From a virus (lineage: Duplodnaviria > Caudoviricetes): a DNA stretch of 38,126 nt. The translations under genes were made by a program, and so were the position numbers. Positions 18,003 to 27,162 of this stretch are shown here, piece after piece; the stretch's first letter is position 1; every line of letters begins with the position of its first letter. The DNA is taken from positions 1 through 38,126 of the IMG/VR virus record IMGVR_UViG_3300037420_001437, one strand, 5' to 3'. The notes beneath the pieces were generated by a model. The model was not told the DNA's origin and ran no database searches. It worked only from the letters and a program-made list of their open reading frames with translations.

Positions 18003-19481
18003 TTAGAAGGGGTCTTGTTCATCGTCGGTGCCGGTGGGTTTTAAAGGTGTTAAATTGCTATAAGAGAGCCTTCGCTGATAAAGGTTGTAGTAGTCTTCTT
18101 CCATAAACTTTTGAATCTCCAAAACAGCGTACAAGGCCACATCTTCCAACGGCCCTTGCCGGTTCTTGCGAAAGTGAATGTCTACGGCGTGTTTTAAGGC
18201 TTCGTCGATTTGATCGTCTGTCTTTTCATAGGAAGGACGGGTAAGGAAGGCTACTACATCGGCGTCCTGTTCGATGGAACCCGATTCCCTAAGCATTTTT
18301 AAGGAAGGCACCACCCCGTCAGCTTCCCGGTTCAGTTGGGAAAGGGCAATAATGGGAATCTCCAGTTCCTTACACAGCGCCTTTAGTCCTCTGGAAATTT
18401 CAGCGACTTCGTTTTCCCGGCTCTGCCCCCGGCCACCGGCCCCGTTCATTAACTGTAAATAGTCGATAATGACAAGCCCTATGTTTTCCTGCGCCTTTAA
18501 CCGTCTGACCTTAGAGCGTAGTTCAAATACATTCAACCCGCCGGTATCGTCGATAAAAATGGGGGCATTCGCCAGGGGTTGAATCCCTTTGATATAGAGC
18601 CGCTTCATGTCGTGTTCCTCAATCTTACCCTTACGGATACGCTCTAACCAGATTTCACTTTCTGCCGCCAGCAAGCGTTGGGTTAATTGCTGTTTGCTCA
18701 TTTCCAGGGAAAAGAAAGCCACCGGCACCGGCCTATGAGGATCTAAGGCAGCGTTACGGGCCAGGTTCAGCGCAAAAGCGGTCTTGCCTACACTTGGCCG
18801 GGCCGCCAGTATGATCAGGTCAGGGGCTTGCCAGCCGGTAGTGATCTTGTCCACCGTCTTAAATCCGCTGGTTACCCCTGTGGTGTCTTCGCCACTTAGC
18901 CTTAGCTTTTCAATGGTTTGCACCGTTTTAAGCAGTTCTACATCAAGGCGTGTTACTTCGCCCCGTTGGTGCTGGATGGACAGTTCCATGATCTTGGCTG
19001 CGGTTTCATCCAGGGAAGTATACCCGCTTGCCGCTTCCTGGTAGCACTGTAAAAGCGCCTCCCCGTATATGCGTATCTGTTCGCGCAGCAAAAATTTATC
19101 ATGGATCAAATCGGCGTGGTATTCGATGTGGGCCGAAGAAACCACAGCGTTGGTCAGTGTAACCAGGTAATAGTCGCCACCTACCGCTTCAAGTTGCCCT
19201 TTGCTCTTTAAAAGGGCTGAAACGGTAAACAGGTCTATGGGGTTGGCTTGTTTTGCCAGTTCCACCATAGCCGCGAAAACCTTTTGGTGGGCGTCGAGGT
19301 AAAAACACTCTGCCGATAGTTTTTTACTTACCAGGTCCAGCGCCCCTTTTTCCAGCAAAATGGCCCCTAAAACCGCTATTTCCAAATTGGTGTCGTGGGG
19401 TTCCACTTTCCCGTATACCAACGGGTTAGAGTCGGGAGGCAAGGCGTTCTTTTGCTTTTTGTCTTTGTTGTAAGTACTCAT
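18003..19481 (-). CDS. dnaB: Replicative DNA helicase DnaB
   Basis: 'LAARPSVGKT', 'FFSLEMS', 'IIDYLQL', 'LSQLNR', 'LRESGSIEQDAD', 'KNRQG'. Confidence 0.97.
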   Translation of the reverse strand: MSTYNKDKKQKNALPPDSNPLVYGKVEPHDTNLEIAVLGAILLEKGALDLVSKKLSAECFYLDAHQKVFAAMVELAKQANPIDLFTVSALLKSKGQLEAVGGDYYLVTLTNAVVSSAHIEYHADLIHDKFLLREQIRIYGEALLQCYQEAASGYTSLDETAAKIMELSIQHQRGEVTRLDVELLKTVQTIEKLRLSGEDTTGVTSGFKTVDKITTGWQAPDLIILAARPSVGKTAFALNLARNAALDPHRPVPVAFFSLEMSKQQLTQRLLAAESEIWLERIRKGKIEEHDMKRLYIKGIQPLANAPIFIDDTGGLNVFELRSKVRRLKAQENIGLVIIDYLQLMNGAGGRGQSRENEVAEISRGLKALCKELEIPIIALSQLNREADGVVPSLKMLRESGSIEQDADVVAFLTRPSYEKTDDQIDEALKHAVDIHFRKNRQGPLEDVALYAVLEIQKFMEEDYYNLYQRRLSYSNLTPLKPTGTDDEQDPF

Positions 19482-20397
19482 CTTTTTGGGTTTGAGTTTT
19501 TTGTTTTGGATCGTAATTGCCCTCTAGCACTTTTACATAGTTTGTGTCGTTTTCCAATAGCCAGTCAAACGTTAGCCAGCCCTTTGTCAAGTCGAAATTT
19601 GAGGCTCTGGCTTTTTCTATGATTGCCACAAAGTCAAAGGGGGCTTCTCTGATCCGTGTTTTTATCTTCTTTCTGCGGTGGTCATTTAGGGTAACGATTT
19701 TGGGGAAGTTGTTTTCTGCTGCAAAGAGGTTCCAATACTTTGCATAAGGTTCAGCGAAACTTGGCTTTTGGGTTTGAATAAAAGTTTTTAGTTGCTCCTT
19801 ATCGTTGGCAATGGCTTTATACGAATCCCTTAACTCTTTTTCCGTTAAACTACCGGAGGCGGTAGCCTCCACAGAACCGATAGGTTCTATATCCTTATTA
19901 TCATTATTATAATTATTAGCATTATTGTTTGTGTTGTCTTGCGTTTGCTCAGCGTTTGCTTGGCGTGTGTCCAGCGTGTCTTTATCGTGTCTCTTTTGCT
20001 GGTAACTATCATAATTACAAACAGTTATCCGTGTCGTTTTTGCTAACGGTTCTGTTACGATCATGGCGTCCGATTGTAGAAGTTTTAAAAAACGCCTGAC
20101 TGTACTGATGTCCACCCGCCACCGCTTCGACCACTCCAAAAGACTGTGTAAGGTTTGGCCTCTTTTACAATCTAATAGCTCAAAACCAATGGATACTTTC
20201 TTATCTGCATGGTTGCATTCCATAAGAATATCAACCCACCACTGAAACTTTCTTGGGTCTTCCCAAATCCAATGTTCACGAATTGATCGAAACAGGGATA
20301 TATAGCCGGTAGAATAGTTTTCCTGGATGTCCTTTACTAAAGCACCTTCGTTATCGTTCACAGGGTAGAGTTTTGGTTTTTCTGCTGCCATTGCCAT
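19426..20397 (-). CDS. Phage replication initiator (replisome organizer, lambda O-like role)
   Basis: N-terminal 'GYISLFRSI..HWIW' winged HTH, Asn-rich linker, C-terminal 'FDWLL..NYVKVLEGNYD'; directly upstream of dnaB. Confidence 0.85.
   Translation of the reverse strand: MAMAAEKPKLYPVNDNEGALVKDIQENYSTGYISLFRSIREHWIWEDPRKFQWWVDILMECNHADKKVSIGFELLDCKRGQTLHSLLEWSKRWRVDISTVRRFLKLLQSDAMIVTEPLAKTTRITVCNYDSYQQKRHDKDTLDTRQANAEQTQDNTNNNANNYNNDNKDIEPIGSVEATASGSLTEKELRDSYKAIANDKEQLKTFIQTQKPSFAEPYAKYWNLFAAENNFPKIVTLNDHRRKKIKTRIREAPFDFVAIIEKARASNFDLTKGWLTFDWLLENDTNYVKVLEGNYDPKQKTQTQKDEYLQQRQKAKERLASRL
19895..19995. other. Putative replication origin inside the initiator gene (11-bp iterons plus AT-rich tract)
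   Basis: Five tandem 11-mers GCGTTTGCTCA/GCGTTTGCTTG/GCGTGTGTCCA/GCGTGTCTTTA/TCGTGTCTCTT (19941-19995) next to an AT-rich tract (19895-19930). Confidence 0.6.
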
Positions 20398-20402
20398 AGG
20401 GG

Positions 20403-20597
20403 TTAGATAGATTTGAATTGCTTGTCAATAAACCTTTTAATATCCTTCCATTCATCCAGGGAAATGGTAGTACAGAACAGGCAGGGATTTTCGTTTATAT
20501 CGCCGACTTCGCCGAAATAGATTTCGTCTTTATCGTTTAGGAAGATTTCAATGGTTTGATTACCCCCTTTGATGAGGTGTAAAATTTGTGCGGTCAT
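20403..20597 (-). CDS. Hypothetical protein
   Basis: 64 aa, ATGA-coupled. Confidence 0.65.
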   Translation of the reverse strand: MTAQILHLIKGGNQTIEIFLNDKDEIYFGEVGDINENPCLFCTTISLDEWKDIKRFIDKQFKSI

Positions 20598-20839
20598 AAT
20601 GTGGTTGTTTTTGGAGTGTGTAGAAAAGCAAAACCGGAGGCATCAAACATGATGAACAACCACGAACACCAATGCTGACGTTTAGACCCTCCGGCGGCTC
20701 TAATATAAATAAATCTAAATTGCTTGTGGAATACAGCATTTTGTATCGTGTTCGTGGTTATGTACAAGGTACGAACAAAACGCTGTTTCAGCAAGGATTC
20801 CAGCCACTTTTTTTTGCAATATTTGATACCTTTTTTCAT
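20594..20839 (-). CDS. Hypothetical protein
   Basis: 81 aa basic ORF coupled to the next gene. Confidence 0.55.
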   Translation of the reverse strand: MKKGIKYCKKKWLESLLKQRFVRTLYITTNTIQNAVFHKQFRFIYIRAAGGSKRQHWCSWLFIMFDASGFAFLHTPKTTTL

Positions 20840-20879
20840 AGTTCGTTATTTGCTTTTATTTTCCTTTTCTTAGGTGGGT

Positions 20880-21947
20880 TTATTTTTCACTCAGTAAGTA
20901 ATTGTTGTTGATCACTTTAAAACTCAGGTTGTCTTCCACGCACCGCCACACTAATCCTTCGGCATGGGCGTTAGGGTTCAGTAAATCCTTTATTTCAGCC
21001 TCTTTTAAGATTTCTTCCAACGTTGAAGGCAAGAGAAGCACATCATATTTAGGGCAATGGGGAATGTTCATTTTAAGGCACACTTCCAAAAAGTCTTTTT
21101 GGTTCAGGCGCTTTCCATTGACGTAGATGTTAAACAACCTTATTTGCTCCCTTTCTAAGTTGTGGTGGTTGCCGTTAAACTTGCCAATAGCTTCCCCCTG
21201 AACGATTATATCATTGGTTTGAAAGTGCCGAACAAGTTTTAAGATTTCATACTTAAAGTCCGTGTCCCGAAAAACCCTATACCAATCGTTCTTTTTGTCG
21301 TGCAGTTCAAAGCGGCGGCTGCATATCCTGAATTTGGATTTCCCTAATACCTTACTGTGAATAATGGTGATACTGGAACCGTCTAACTTATAGCTTACTA
21401 CAAATTCCTTCCCTGCGTGTGTTCTTAATACGTGTGGTATATTCTGTATCCTTTCTTCATCGGTAATGCTCACCAAATGCGTAGGAAAGGGGCTGCGAGA
21501 CTTCCTTTTTAAGCCAGGAAATAGCTTATAGAGGAAATTGTATTTAAAAATGTAGAACCATTTTTTATACCACACCTTCGGCATCCGGGGCTTTTCAAAT
21601 CGTTCGGGGTTATTATCCGGCTTTTCGTATTTCTTTACACCTATAACCTCCGTGACATCGTCGCCTTCCTTCCACTCTCCTTTAGGCAGGGGTACAATCA
21701 AACCTTGCGAGATTTGCTTACGTAGTTTAATGGTTCTAACCCGGTACTTGCGTTCCCTTAGAAAATCGAACTGTTCTGTTTCAGGAACAACCGTGTCAAT
21801 CTGGATATAGCACACTATATCACCAACGGCATATTCATTTTTCTTTATCACTATTTCCCATCCTAAAACGCCACATACCTGTATATTATCAGCATTGGGA
21901 ATGTCTCTAATCCATAGAATTTTTTCGGCAGTGGCCAACTTACTCAT
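20880..21947 (-). CDS. RNA ligase, DRB0094/Rnl5-like
   Basis: N-terminal 'IPNADNI..GW.IVIKK..Y.VGD'; ligase motifs 'KLDGSS', 'QGEAIG', 'LFNI', 'EGLV', 'SFKVINNNYLL'. Confidence 0.9.
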   Translation of the reverse strand: MSKLATAEKILWIRDIPNADNIQVCGVLGWEIVIKKNEYAVGDIVCYIQIDTVVPETEQFDFLRERKYRVRTIKLRKQISQGLIVPLPKGEWKEGDDVTEVIGVKKYEKPDNNPERFEKPRMPKVWYKKWFYIFKYNFLYKLFPGLKRKSRSPFPTHLVSITDEERIQNIPHVLRTHAGKEFVVSYKLDGSSITIIHSKVLGKSKFRICSRRFELHDKKNDWYRVFRDTDFKYEILKLVRHFQTNDIIVQGEAIGKFNGNHHNLEREQIRLFNIYVNGKRLNQKDFLEVCLKMNIPHCPKYDVLLLPSTLEEILKEAEIKDLLNPNAHAEGLVWRCVEDNLSFKVINNNYLLSEK

Positions 21948-22425
21948 TGTGTAAATAATTTATACAGTTTTTAAAAAGTTGAATATTATCTTCAAACAAA
22001 CCCAAACCAGTATTACATCTTCTACAAAGCAAGTGTCTTATTTCCCCGGTCTTATGGCAGTGATCAACATAAAGCCTGTTCTCTTTATCATCTTCTACAT
22101 GAGGCTTGCCGCATATTTTACATTTGTAGTTCTGCTTTTGAAGCATTAGGTCAAAATCTTCTAAGGAGATACCGTATTTATATTTAAAAAAGTACCCTCT
22201 TTGTGTCCTCTTATCAATTTTAGGCTTATGCTTTCTTCTCTCAAGAATTGCATCTTTATTCTTTTGAAAGTATTCGGCTTTATATTTCCTTCTCTTTTCA
22301 TGTTGTTCTTCTAATGGAACTCTTATTTTCCCGAACCGTTTTATGGAGTAACAGTCCCTGCATAACTCTGCATCATTTCTTGATGTTTCTTTCAGGCAAT
22401 TACTGCAAATACCTTTAGTTGGCAT
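21940..22425 (-). CDS. Endonuclease VII-family (His-Me) homing endonuclease
   Basis: 'YGISLEDF..ML.KQ..KCKIC', 'LYVDHCHKTGEIRHLLCRRCNTGLGLF.DN'; N-terminal CxxC pairs. Confidence 0.9.
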   Translation of the reverse strand: MPTKGICSNCLKETSRNDAELCRDCYSIKRFGKIRVPLEEQHEKRRKYKAEYFQKNKDAILERRKHKPKIDKRTQRGYFFKYKYGISLEDFDLMLQKQNYKCKICGKPHVEDDKENRLYVDHCHKTGEIRHLLCRRCNTGLGLFEDNIQLFKNCINYLHNE

Positions 22426-22430
22426 ATTTG

Positions 22431-22592
22431 TTATTTTGGGTTGTTTTTTATTTCGATGGTACACAGGTCGCCAATCCTATATTCTCCTTTTTTGATAACA
22501 ACCTGCCATCCTAAAACATGGGCTGTTTCGATGGCATCCGCCCCTTCGATGGGAGTAATGTCCAGTATTTTTTGTACGCTTGCTAAATTCAT
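22431..22592 (-). pseudogene. Truncated N-terminal copy of the RNA ligase (53 aa)
   Basis: MNLASVQKILDITPIEGADAIETAHVLGWQVVIKKGEYRIGDLC aligns with residues 1-46 of 20880..21947. Confidence 0.85.
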
Positions 22593-22602
22593 ATATGGTG
22601 GT

Positions 22603-22899
22603 TTATTTGTCGAGTAGACTTGTTTCAGCCAACGAGTGCGACGCAACAGGTTCTGAACAGAGTTCCTTAGCTGGGTTCATAATCCTATCGACTAATTTTT
22701 GTTTCACCTCCTCCCCCAAAGAATAATTAATAGGCTGTAAAGACGCTAACCATACCCTTCTTCTTTCATTCTCCTTTACAGTTTCAGGAATCACTAAACA
22801 GTAGCTTTCATTAAACTCTATGAGTTCATCGGGCGTTACCCTGTAGTAATACCCAAAGGCGTAGTAGTATTTTACCGGCTCTGTCAGATTGAGGGTCAT
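22603..22899 (-). CDS. Hypothetical protein (C-terminus reads through dispersed site 2)
   Basis: 98-aa ORF. Confidence 0.65.
   Translation of the reverse strand: MTLNLTEPVKYYYAFGYYYRVTPDELIEFNESYCLVIPETVKENERRRVWLASLQPINYSLGEEVKQKLVDRIMNPAKELCSEPVASHSLAETSLLDK
22630..22673 (+). repeat. Dispersed 45-bp site, copy 2 (spacer CAGGTTCT)
   Basis: AACGAGTGCGACGCAA-CAGGTTCT-GAACAG-AGTTCCTTAGCTG. Confidence 0.85.
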
Positions 22900-22904
22900 A
22901 GCTT

Positions 22905-23282
22905 TTATTTTTCCCGTTTATAATTAGCGTGCTTGGATAGCTTCCATCCGTTGGCCCTGGCATAAGCATCGTTCTGCTCGATAAACTGATTGCATAGGTT
23001 GCAGCAGGGAACTTTCTTTTTACCCACCAGGTTCTTTCCTTCCCTGCCTTCGAGGTGGTGAAAGCCCTGCGCTACTCCGGTACAGACCGGGCTTTTAATA
23101 GCGCACCGGGTTCCCGCTTCTACCATTTCCTTTACCTGTGGCCGATACTCCTTTTTCATGACCTGTTCCATCTTTTTACTGCGTGGCGCTATGGGCTTTG
23201 GCTTTTTTAAAGAGCCTTCAGGATGGTTTCTGCAATAATTTCTTTCCACAAACGGACACCAGGAAGGGCAGTTCTTACTCAT
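22905..23282 (-). CDS. HNH-like zinc-binding protein
   Basis: 'CAIKSPVC...FHHLEGR...CCNLCNQFIE...ARANGW'. Confidence 0.7.
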   Translation of the reverse strand: MSKNCPSWCPFVERNYCRNHPEGSLKKPKPIAPRSKKMEQVMKKEYRPQVKEMVEAGTRCAIKSPVCTGVAQGFHHLEGREGKNLVGKKKVPCCNLCNQFIEQNDAYARANGWKLSKHANYKREK

Positions 23283-23287
23283 ACGGC

Positions 23288-23725
23288 TTAGGCTGTTTTT
23301 GTTTTAAACTGTTTATAAACGTCCAGCTTTAGCTTGGTCAGGTTAATGATGGAGTTTACATTGTTGTTTATTGAGGTGGCCTGTGGGATGTACTTCGGAT
23401 CATCCTGCACTTTGGTAATATTGTCCATCAATACTTTTGTCAGGGAATCCACAAGGGTTATCTCTTCGCTTTTAAACGTTACCGGCAATCGGTCAGCTAT
23501 AGCCGGGGCAAGATCTTCGGGCATCTCCTCCACTTCCCTGAAATAGGATAAAAATTCAAGGGCGGATTCCAGGTCTTTTTCAAACGTCCGTTTATCAGTG
23601 GTGAGGCTTATCCTATTCTTTTGCTGGTTAATCACATAATCCTTTACCAAATACTGCTTATTGGAATAAGCAAAGGTTCTCCCCTTCATTTTTTCTAAGG
23701 TTTCACGAATTGTTTTGATGCTCAT
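23288..23725 (-). CDS. Hypothetical protein
   Basis: 145 aa, overlapping the upstream HNH gene. Confidence 0.75.
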   Translation of the reverse strand: MSIKTIRETLEKMKGRTFAYSNKQYLVKDYVINQQKNRISLTTDKRTFEKDLESALEFLSYFREVEEMPEDLAPAIADRLPVTFKSEEITLVDSLTKVLMDNITKVQDDPKYIPQATSINNNVNSIINLTKLKLDVYKQFKTKTA

Positions 23726-24401
23726 AAATGATATTTTTTAACCGGTTGTTTAATTTGATTAGCCGTTTTAGTTCCAATGGGTAGCGGTGAAAGGAGTTCC
23801 TTTGTGCCAGTTGGCAGTTGGAGATACATTCCAGGTTGGTAATATCCCCGGCGCTCTTTGTCCTGTCCTTTATGACCACGTTGTAGTCTTTGGGAATAGC
23901 CCCGTAATGATCCATCCATACCCTTCGGGCTAAGATTTCAAAGCCCTGTTTGGTTTTGATGTATTCCCGGCCCTTCCATATCCTGACTTCTCCTACCCTT
24001 GCCTCCCCTCTGGTTTGCCAGGTGTTTTTACTGCCTACCATCCAGCAGCCAAAAAGTTTGTTTCGCTGCTTGATCCTTCTTAGCTGTTCAGGGGTGCGTT
24101 TTAAGCCCAAATACAACCGCTTCTTTTCGATGTGTTTCAGTGTCCAGCCTTTCCTTTTCGGGTAGGCTTCATTGAAAATTTGGGCTATTTCCAGGTCTCC
24201 TACGTGGGGATAAAGACGGCGCAACCATTTTACCTGTACCTCTGTCCAGTATTCCAGTTCCAGTTTCTTCACCCCTAGCCTTCTTCTTGTCCAGGCAACG
24301 GTTGAAAACGGCATCCCGAAAAGACACTGGTATTCACTGATGGACATTATATCCATGCGGATCAGTTCCTCTACTTCTTCTATGGTAAAGCCGTTATACA
24401 T
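23703..24401 (-). CDS. HNH endonuclease-family protein (HNH_3-like, His-degenerate)
   Basis: 'LARRVWMDHYGAIPKDYNVVIKD...ITNLECIS...RNSFHRYP'; start uncertain (the ORF extends to 24488). Confidence 0.7.
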   Translation of the reverse strand: MYNGFTIEEVEELIRMDIMSISEYQCLFGMPFSTVAWTRRRLGVKKLELEYWTEVQVKWLRRLYPHVGDLEIAQIFNEAYPKRKGWTLKHIEKKRLYLGLKRTPEQLRRIKQRNKLFGCWMVGSKNTWQTRGEARVGEVRIWKGREYIKTKQGFEILARRVWMDHYGAIPKDYNVVIKDRTKSAGDITNLECISNCQLAQRNSFHRYPLELKRLIKLNNRLKNIIYEHQNNS

Positions 24402-24507
24402 TGAATTTTTGAACCTCTTATATTTTCCTTTCGGATTGTTTAACAAAAATTGATTGGGCGTAAAAAATGACCGTTGCCGGTCTGACAAGTTTTCAATAGG
24501 TTGGGAT

Positions 24508-24762
24508 TTAGGCTACTACTATTAGGGAAGCCTCCAACTCCTGTTTTAACTCCCGAAGGATTCTAAGTTCACTTTCGTTCCTTACCTGGTATTCTTCCTT
24601 TCCCAATAACTTAAAGGAGTAGTGCTCACTTTGGGTGGTGACTTCGATTTCCAATTCCGCCCTATGGAGGTTTACCGAGACTAAGGTGCCTTGCCTCCCT
24701 GCAATAGAGAGAGCCAGGGTAAAGGCTTCCAGGAGTTGTTGGGAGTGAAAGAGACGTTCCAT
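24508..24762 (-). CDS. Hypothetical protein
   Basis: 84-aa ORF with A-rich leader. Confidence 0.65.
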   Translation of the reverse strand: MERLFHSQQLLEAFTLALSIAGRQGTLVSVNLHRAELEIEVTTQSEHYSFKLLGKEEYQVRNESELRILRELKQELEASLIVVA

Positions 24763-24797
24763 AAGATTTTATTTTTTGGTTTAGTTTTTTGGGTACT

Positions 24798-24844
24798 GAG
24801 CTTTGGAATATCTATTGGGCTTTACTTGCGTCGCACACTTGTAC
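24798..24844 (-). repeat. Dispersed 45-bp site, copy 3 (spacer GTAAAGCC)
   Basis: - strand GTACAAGTGTGCGACGCAA-GTAAAGCC-CAATAG-ATATTCCAAAGCTC. Confidence 0.9.
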
Positions 24845-24854
24845 GTCCTGATCG

Positions 24855-25049
24855 CTATTCAACAATTGACCAATCTTCTTCCCAAAACTTATCCTGTCTG
24901 TAGCTCCAGAATTGATTAGCCGATACACAATACCCTTCCTCTGTAACTATTTTTCCTGCCAGCATAGTAATCCACTCGTAAGGCTCAAAGAATCTATGGG
25001 CTACCTTTTTGCCCTGTTCCATTACTTTTATAGCTTCTTGCTTTGTCAT
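24855..25049 (-). CDS. Hypothetical phage protein (DUF2829-like pattern)
   Basis: 'EAIKVMEQGKKVAHR...EEDWSIVE'. Confidence 0.7.
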   Translation of the reverse strand: MTKQEAIKVMEQGKKVAHRFFEPYEWITMLAGKIVTEEGYCVSANQFWSYRQDKFWEEDWSIVE

Positions 25050-25088
25050 GCTGCTTTATTTTTTTCGTTAAACAAACTGGATTAGGGG

Positions 25089-25442
25089 TTACGGTAATTC
25101 CTGTTTAACCAGGTTTATAAATTCTTCCATCCGGCCCCGGTAGTAAGAATCAAAATTTTGATATCCTTTTGAATCGTTGGAGAAGGCCACGTACAGCACA
25201 CTTCTAAGCCTCTTGCTTGGTGTTTTATTTTGGTCTTCCTCCAAGTCCTCTGCTTCCGAGATGGCTTTCTTTTCCGCCTCTTTTAGCTGTGAGGTCTTAA
25301 AGGCCAGGTAGCCGAATTGCTGCGCTGAGGTGCCAATGCCCAAAAACTGTTCAGGGGTTGGCTCTATGGTTTCAAAGACTACTTTGAGGGTACGGTCCTT
25401 TAGCGAACGATAGCTTTCGAGGGTTGCTCCTATGATTATCAT
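25089..25442 (-). CDS. Hypothetical protein in the recombination module
   Basis: 117 aa, ATGA-coupled; 'KTPSKRLRSVLY'. Confidence 0.75.
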   Translation of the reverse strand: MIIIGATLESYRSLKDRTLKVVFETIEPTPEQFLGIGTSAQQFGYLAFKTSQLKEAEKKAISEAEDLEEDQNKTPSKRLRSVLYVAFSNDSKGYQNFDSYYRGRMEEFINLVKQELP

Positions 25443-25951
25443 TTGATTTGAAGGTTTTGTTTGGTGACTAACTGCGCTCCCGGTACCTGAAGACCCTGTT
25501 TTATATCTTCTTTGATCTTGGTCTTGGAAATGGTCTTTACTACCTTTTCCTCCACATAAGCAAAAGGCACTTTGCTTTCGTCTGTGAGTTCAATGGATTC
25601 CGATTTTCTAAAGGATAATTTCAGTGTGGGGGTTTCGATCTTTTCCACACCAAATTGTTGCATGGCATCGGAAAGGGTTTGCTTAAATAGTTCCTTTCTT
25701 TTCTTAGCCTGGGTGAGAATCTTGGAAAGGCGCTCGATTTCTTTTTCAATGATTTCTGCCTGATCGTCAAAGTGCTTAACGACCAATCCATAACTCAAAG
25801 CCTTTTCCTGGAAATCCTCTGCTGTAAGGGTAAGTGCCTGTTCAATTTCAGGTGTTATTTCGCCTTCATTATCTTCAATGATTTGCATGAGGATAACATG
25901 GTCCTGTTTAATTTGGTACATTGACCGTTGGGTGAGTGCCAGTGTTTGCAT
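25439..25951 (-). CDS. Siphovirus Gp157-family protein
   Basis: 'IEKEIERL', 'KIETPTLKLSFRKSES', 'KIKEDIKQGLQVPGAQLV...LQIK'. Confidence 0.9.
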   Translation of the reverse strand: MQTLALTQRSMYQIKQDHVILMQIIEDNEGEITPEIEQALTLTAEDFQEKALSYGLVVKHFDDQAEIIEKEIERLSKILTQAKKRKELFKQTLSDAMQQFGVEKIETPTLKLSFRKSESIELTDESKVPFAYVEEKVVKTISKTKIKEDIKQGLQVPGAQLVTKQNLQIK

Positions 25952-25953
25952 GA

Positions 25954-26847
25954 TTAATTGTTTACAGGTTGGTTTAATTTGTTGTAGACCTCCATTGCAG
26001 CGGCCTTAAACTCAGGGTGAACGATGACCTCTTTGGGTTGGTAGGCTTTTATTTCACTTAGATTTTCAACCGTTTTGGCCTTTTTAATTTGTTTAATGCT
26101 GCTCTCCAAGACCTCCCTAAAGGCCTTTTCTTTAGCCTCCTTAAAGGCTTTTTGGGCCGCTTCGCCGTATATGCCTAATTCACACCACTGTTTAATTTGT
26201 CTGCCGGTTTCCTGGTCTGGAACAAACTCCGGCTTACCATCAAAAAGCCGGGTTCTATCTTTGGACGTTTTAGCCAAATGCGTATCGGTAATGATTTCAA
26301 AGGCGACGGTCATTTCGTAATCGTAGCCATCCCTGATTTCATCTTCTAGCCCCTTTTTTTCTACTTTGGTTTTGCCGCCTTCCTGTACCACGGCATAGGC
26401 CTGTTTTTTCCGCATGGTGGTAATGACATGGCAGGAAGAATGCAGGATCTTGTTAAGCCATTTTTGATAAAGAGGCGTGGTTTTGGCCCAATCCTGGTAT
26501 TTACCGCCCAGGGAATTTTGATATTCCAAAAGCCCCCCCTGTCCCTTCCAAACGTGGGTAACGGAATCAATAATGATCACCTCAATTCCGGACTTTTCAC
26601 ACAGTTCAATCGCCTGGATATATTTTTCAGTCGTAAAAGGCGGTTCAATGGGAATGGTGTAATAGGTTCCTAAATGGGCATATAAAGAAGCCGACCTGTT
26701 TTCCGTATCAATGACCGCTATCTTAGACCAATCATCTGTCATGCCGTGGGCAATGAGCAGGGCACTGAATGTTTTGCCAAATCCCGTAGGGGCAGATATG
26801 CTCATTCTTATTTTTACTTTTTCTCTCGATGCTATTTGTAGTTCCAT
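25954..26847 (-). CDS. AAA_24 / Sak4-like ATPase (recombination)
   Basis: 'APTGFGKT', 'AVIDTE', 'IIIDS.TH.W', 'HVITTMR'. Confidence 0.88.
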   Translation of the reverse strand: MELQIASREKVKIRMSISAPTGFGKTFSALLIAHGMTDDWSKIAVIDTENRSASLYAHLGTYYTIPIEPPFTTEKYIQAIELCEKSGIEVIIIDSVTHVWKGQGGLLEYQNSLGGKYQDWAKTTPLYQKWLNKILHSSCHVITTMRKKQAYAVVQEGGKTKVEKKGLEDEIRDGYDYEMTVAFEIITDTHLAKTSKDRTRLFDGKPEFVPDQETGRQIKQWCELGIYGEAAQKAFKEAKEKAFREVLESSIKQIKKAKTVENLSEIKAYQPKEVIVHPEFKAAAMEVYNKLNQPVNN

Positions 26848-26851
26848 ATAC

Positions 26852-27130
26852 TTAAGCGGTTTTTAAATGTTTAGAGTAGCGTTTTTCCAACAGCTTCATT
26901 CGTTGATAGAGGGAAGCGATCACTAAGTGGTGGTGTTCGTGGACCTGGTGCCAGGTTTGGTTACTATCCATGAGGTACACCACTCCCTTTCCCCTGGCGC
27001 ACACGGCCCACATAAAAAGGGTGTGTTCGTCATGGGGGCTTTTCTTGACCTGTAATTCGGTGTCGAAGTAGAGGTATTCCTCCCCCACTAAGGTGTTTAC
27101 GATGTGGGCGATTTCTTGTAATTGGTTCAT
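26852..27130 (-). CDS. Hypothetical protein
   Basis: 92-aa ORF. Confidence 0.7.
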   Translation of the reverse strand: MNQLQEIAHIVNTLVGEEYLYFDTELQVKKSPHDEHTLFMWAVCARGKGVVYLMDSNQTWHQVHEHHHLVIASLYQRMKLLEKRYSKHLKTA

Positions 27131-27162
27131 AGCTGTTTTATTTTTTTGGTTAAGAGTTCTCG

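Noticed and set aside
21940-22430. Group I intron in the RNA ligase
   Set aside because: There is no room for a ribozyme core, and the downstream ligase has its own full N-terminus.
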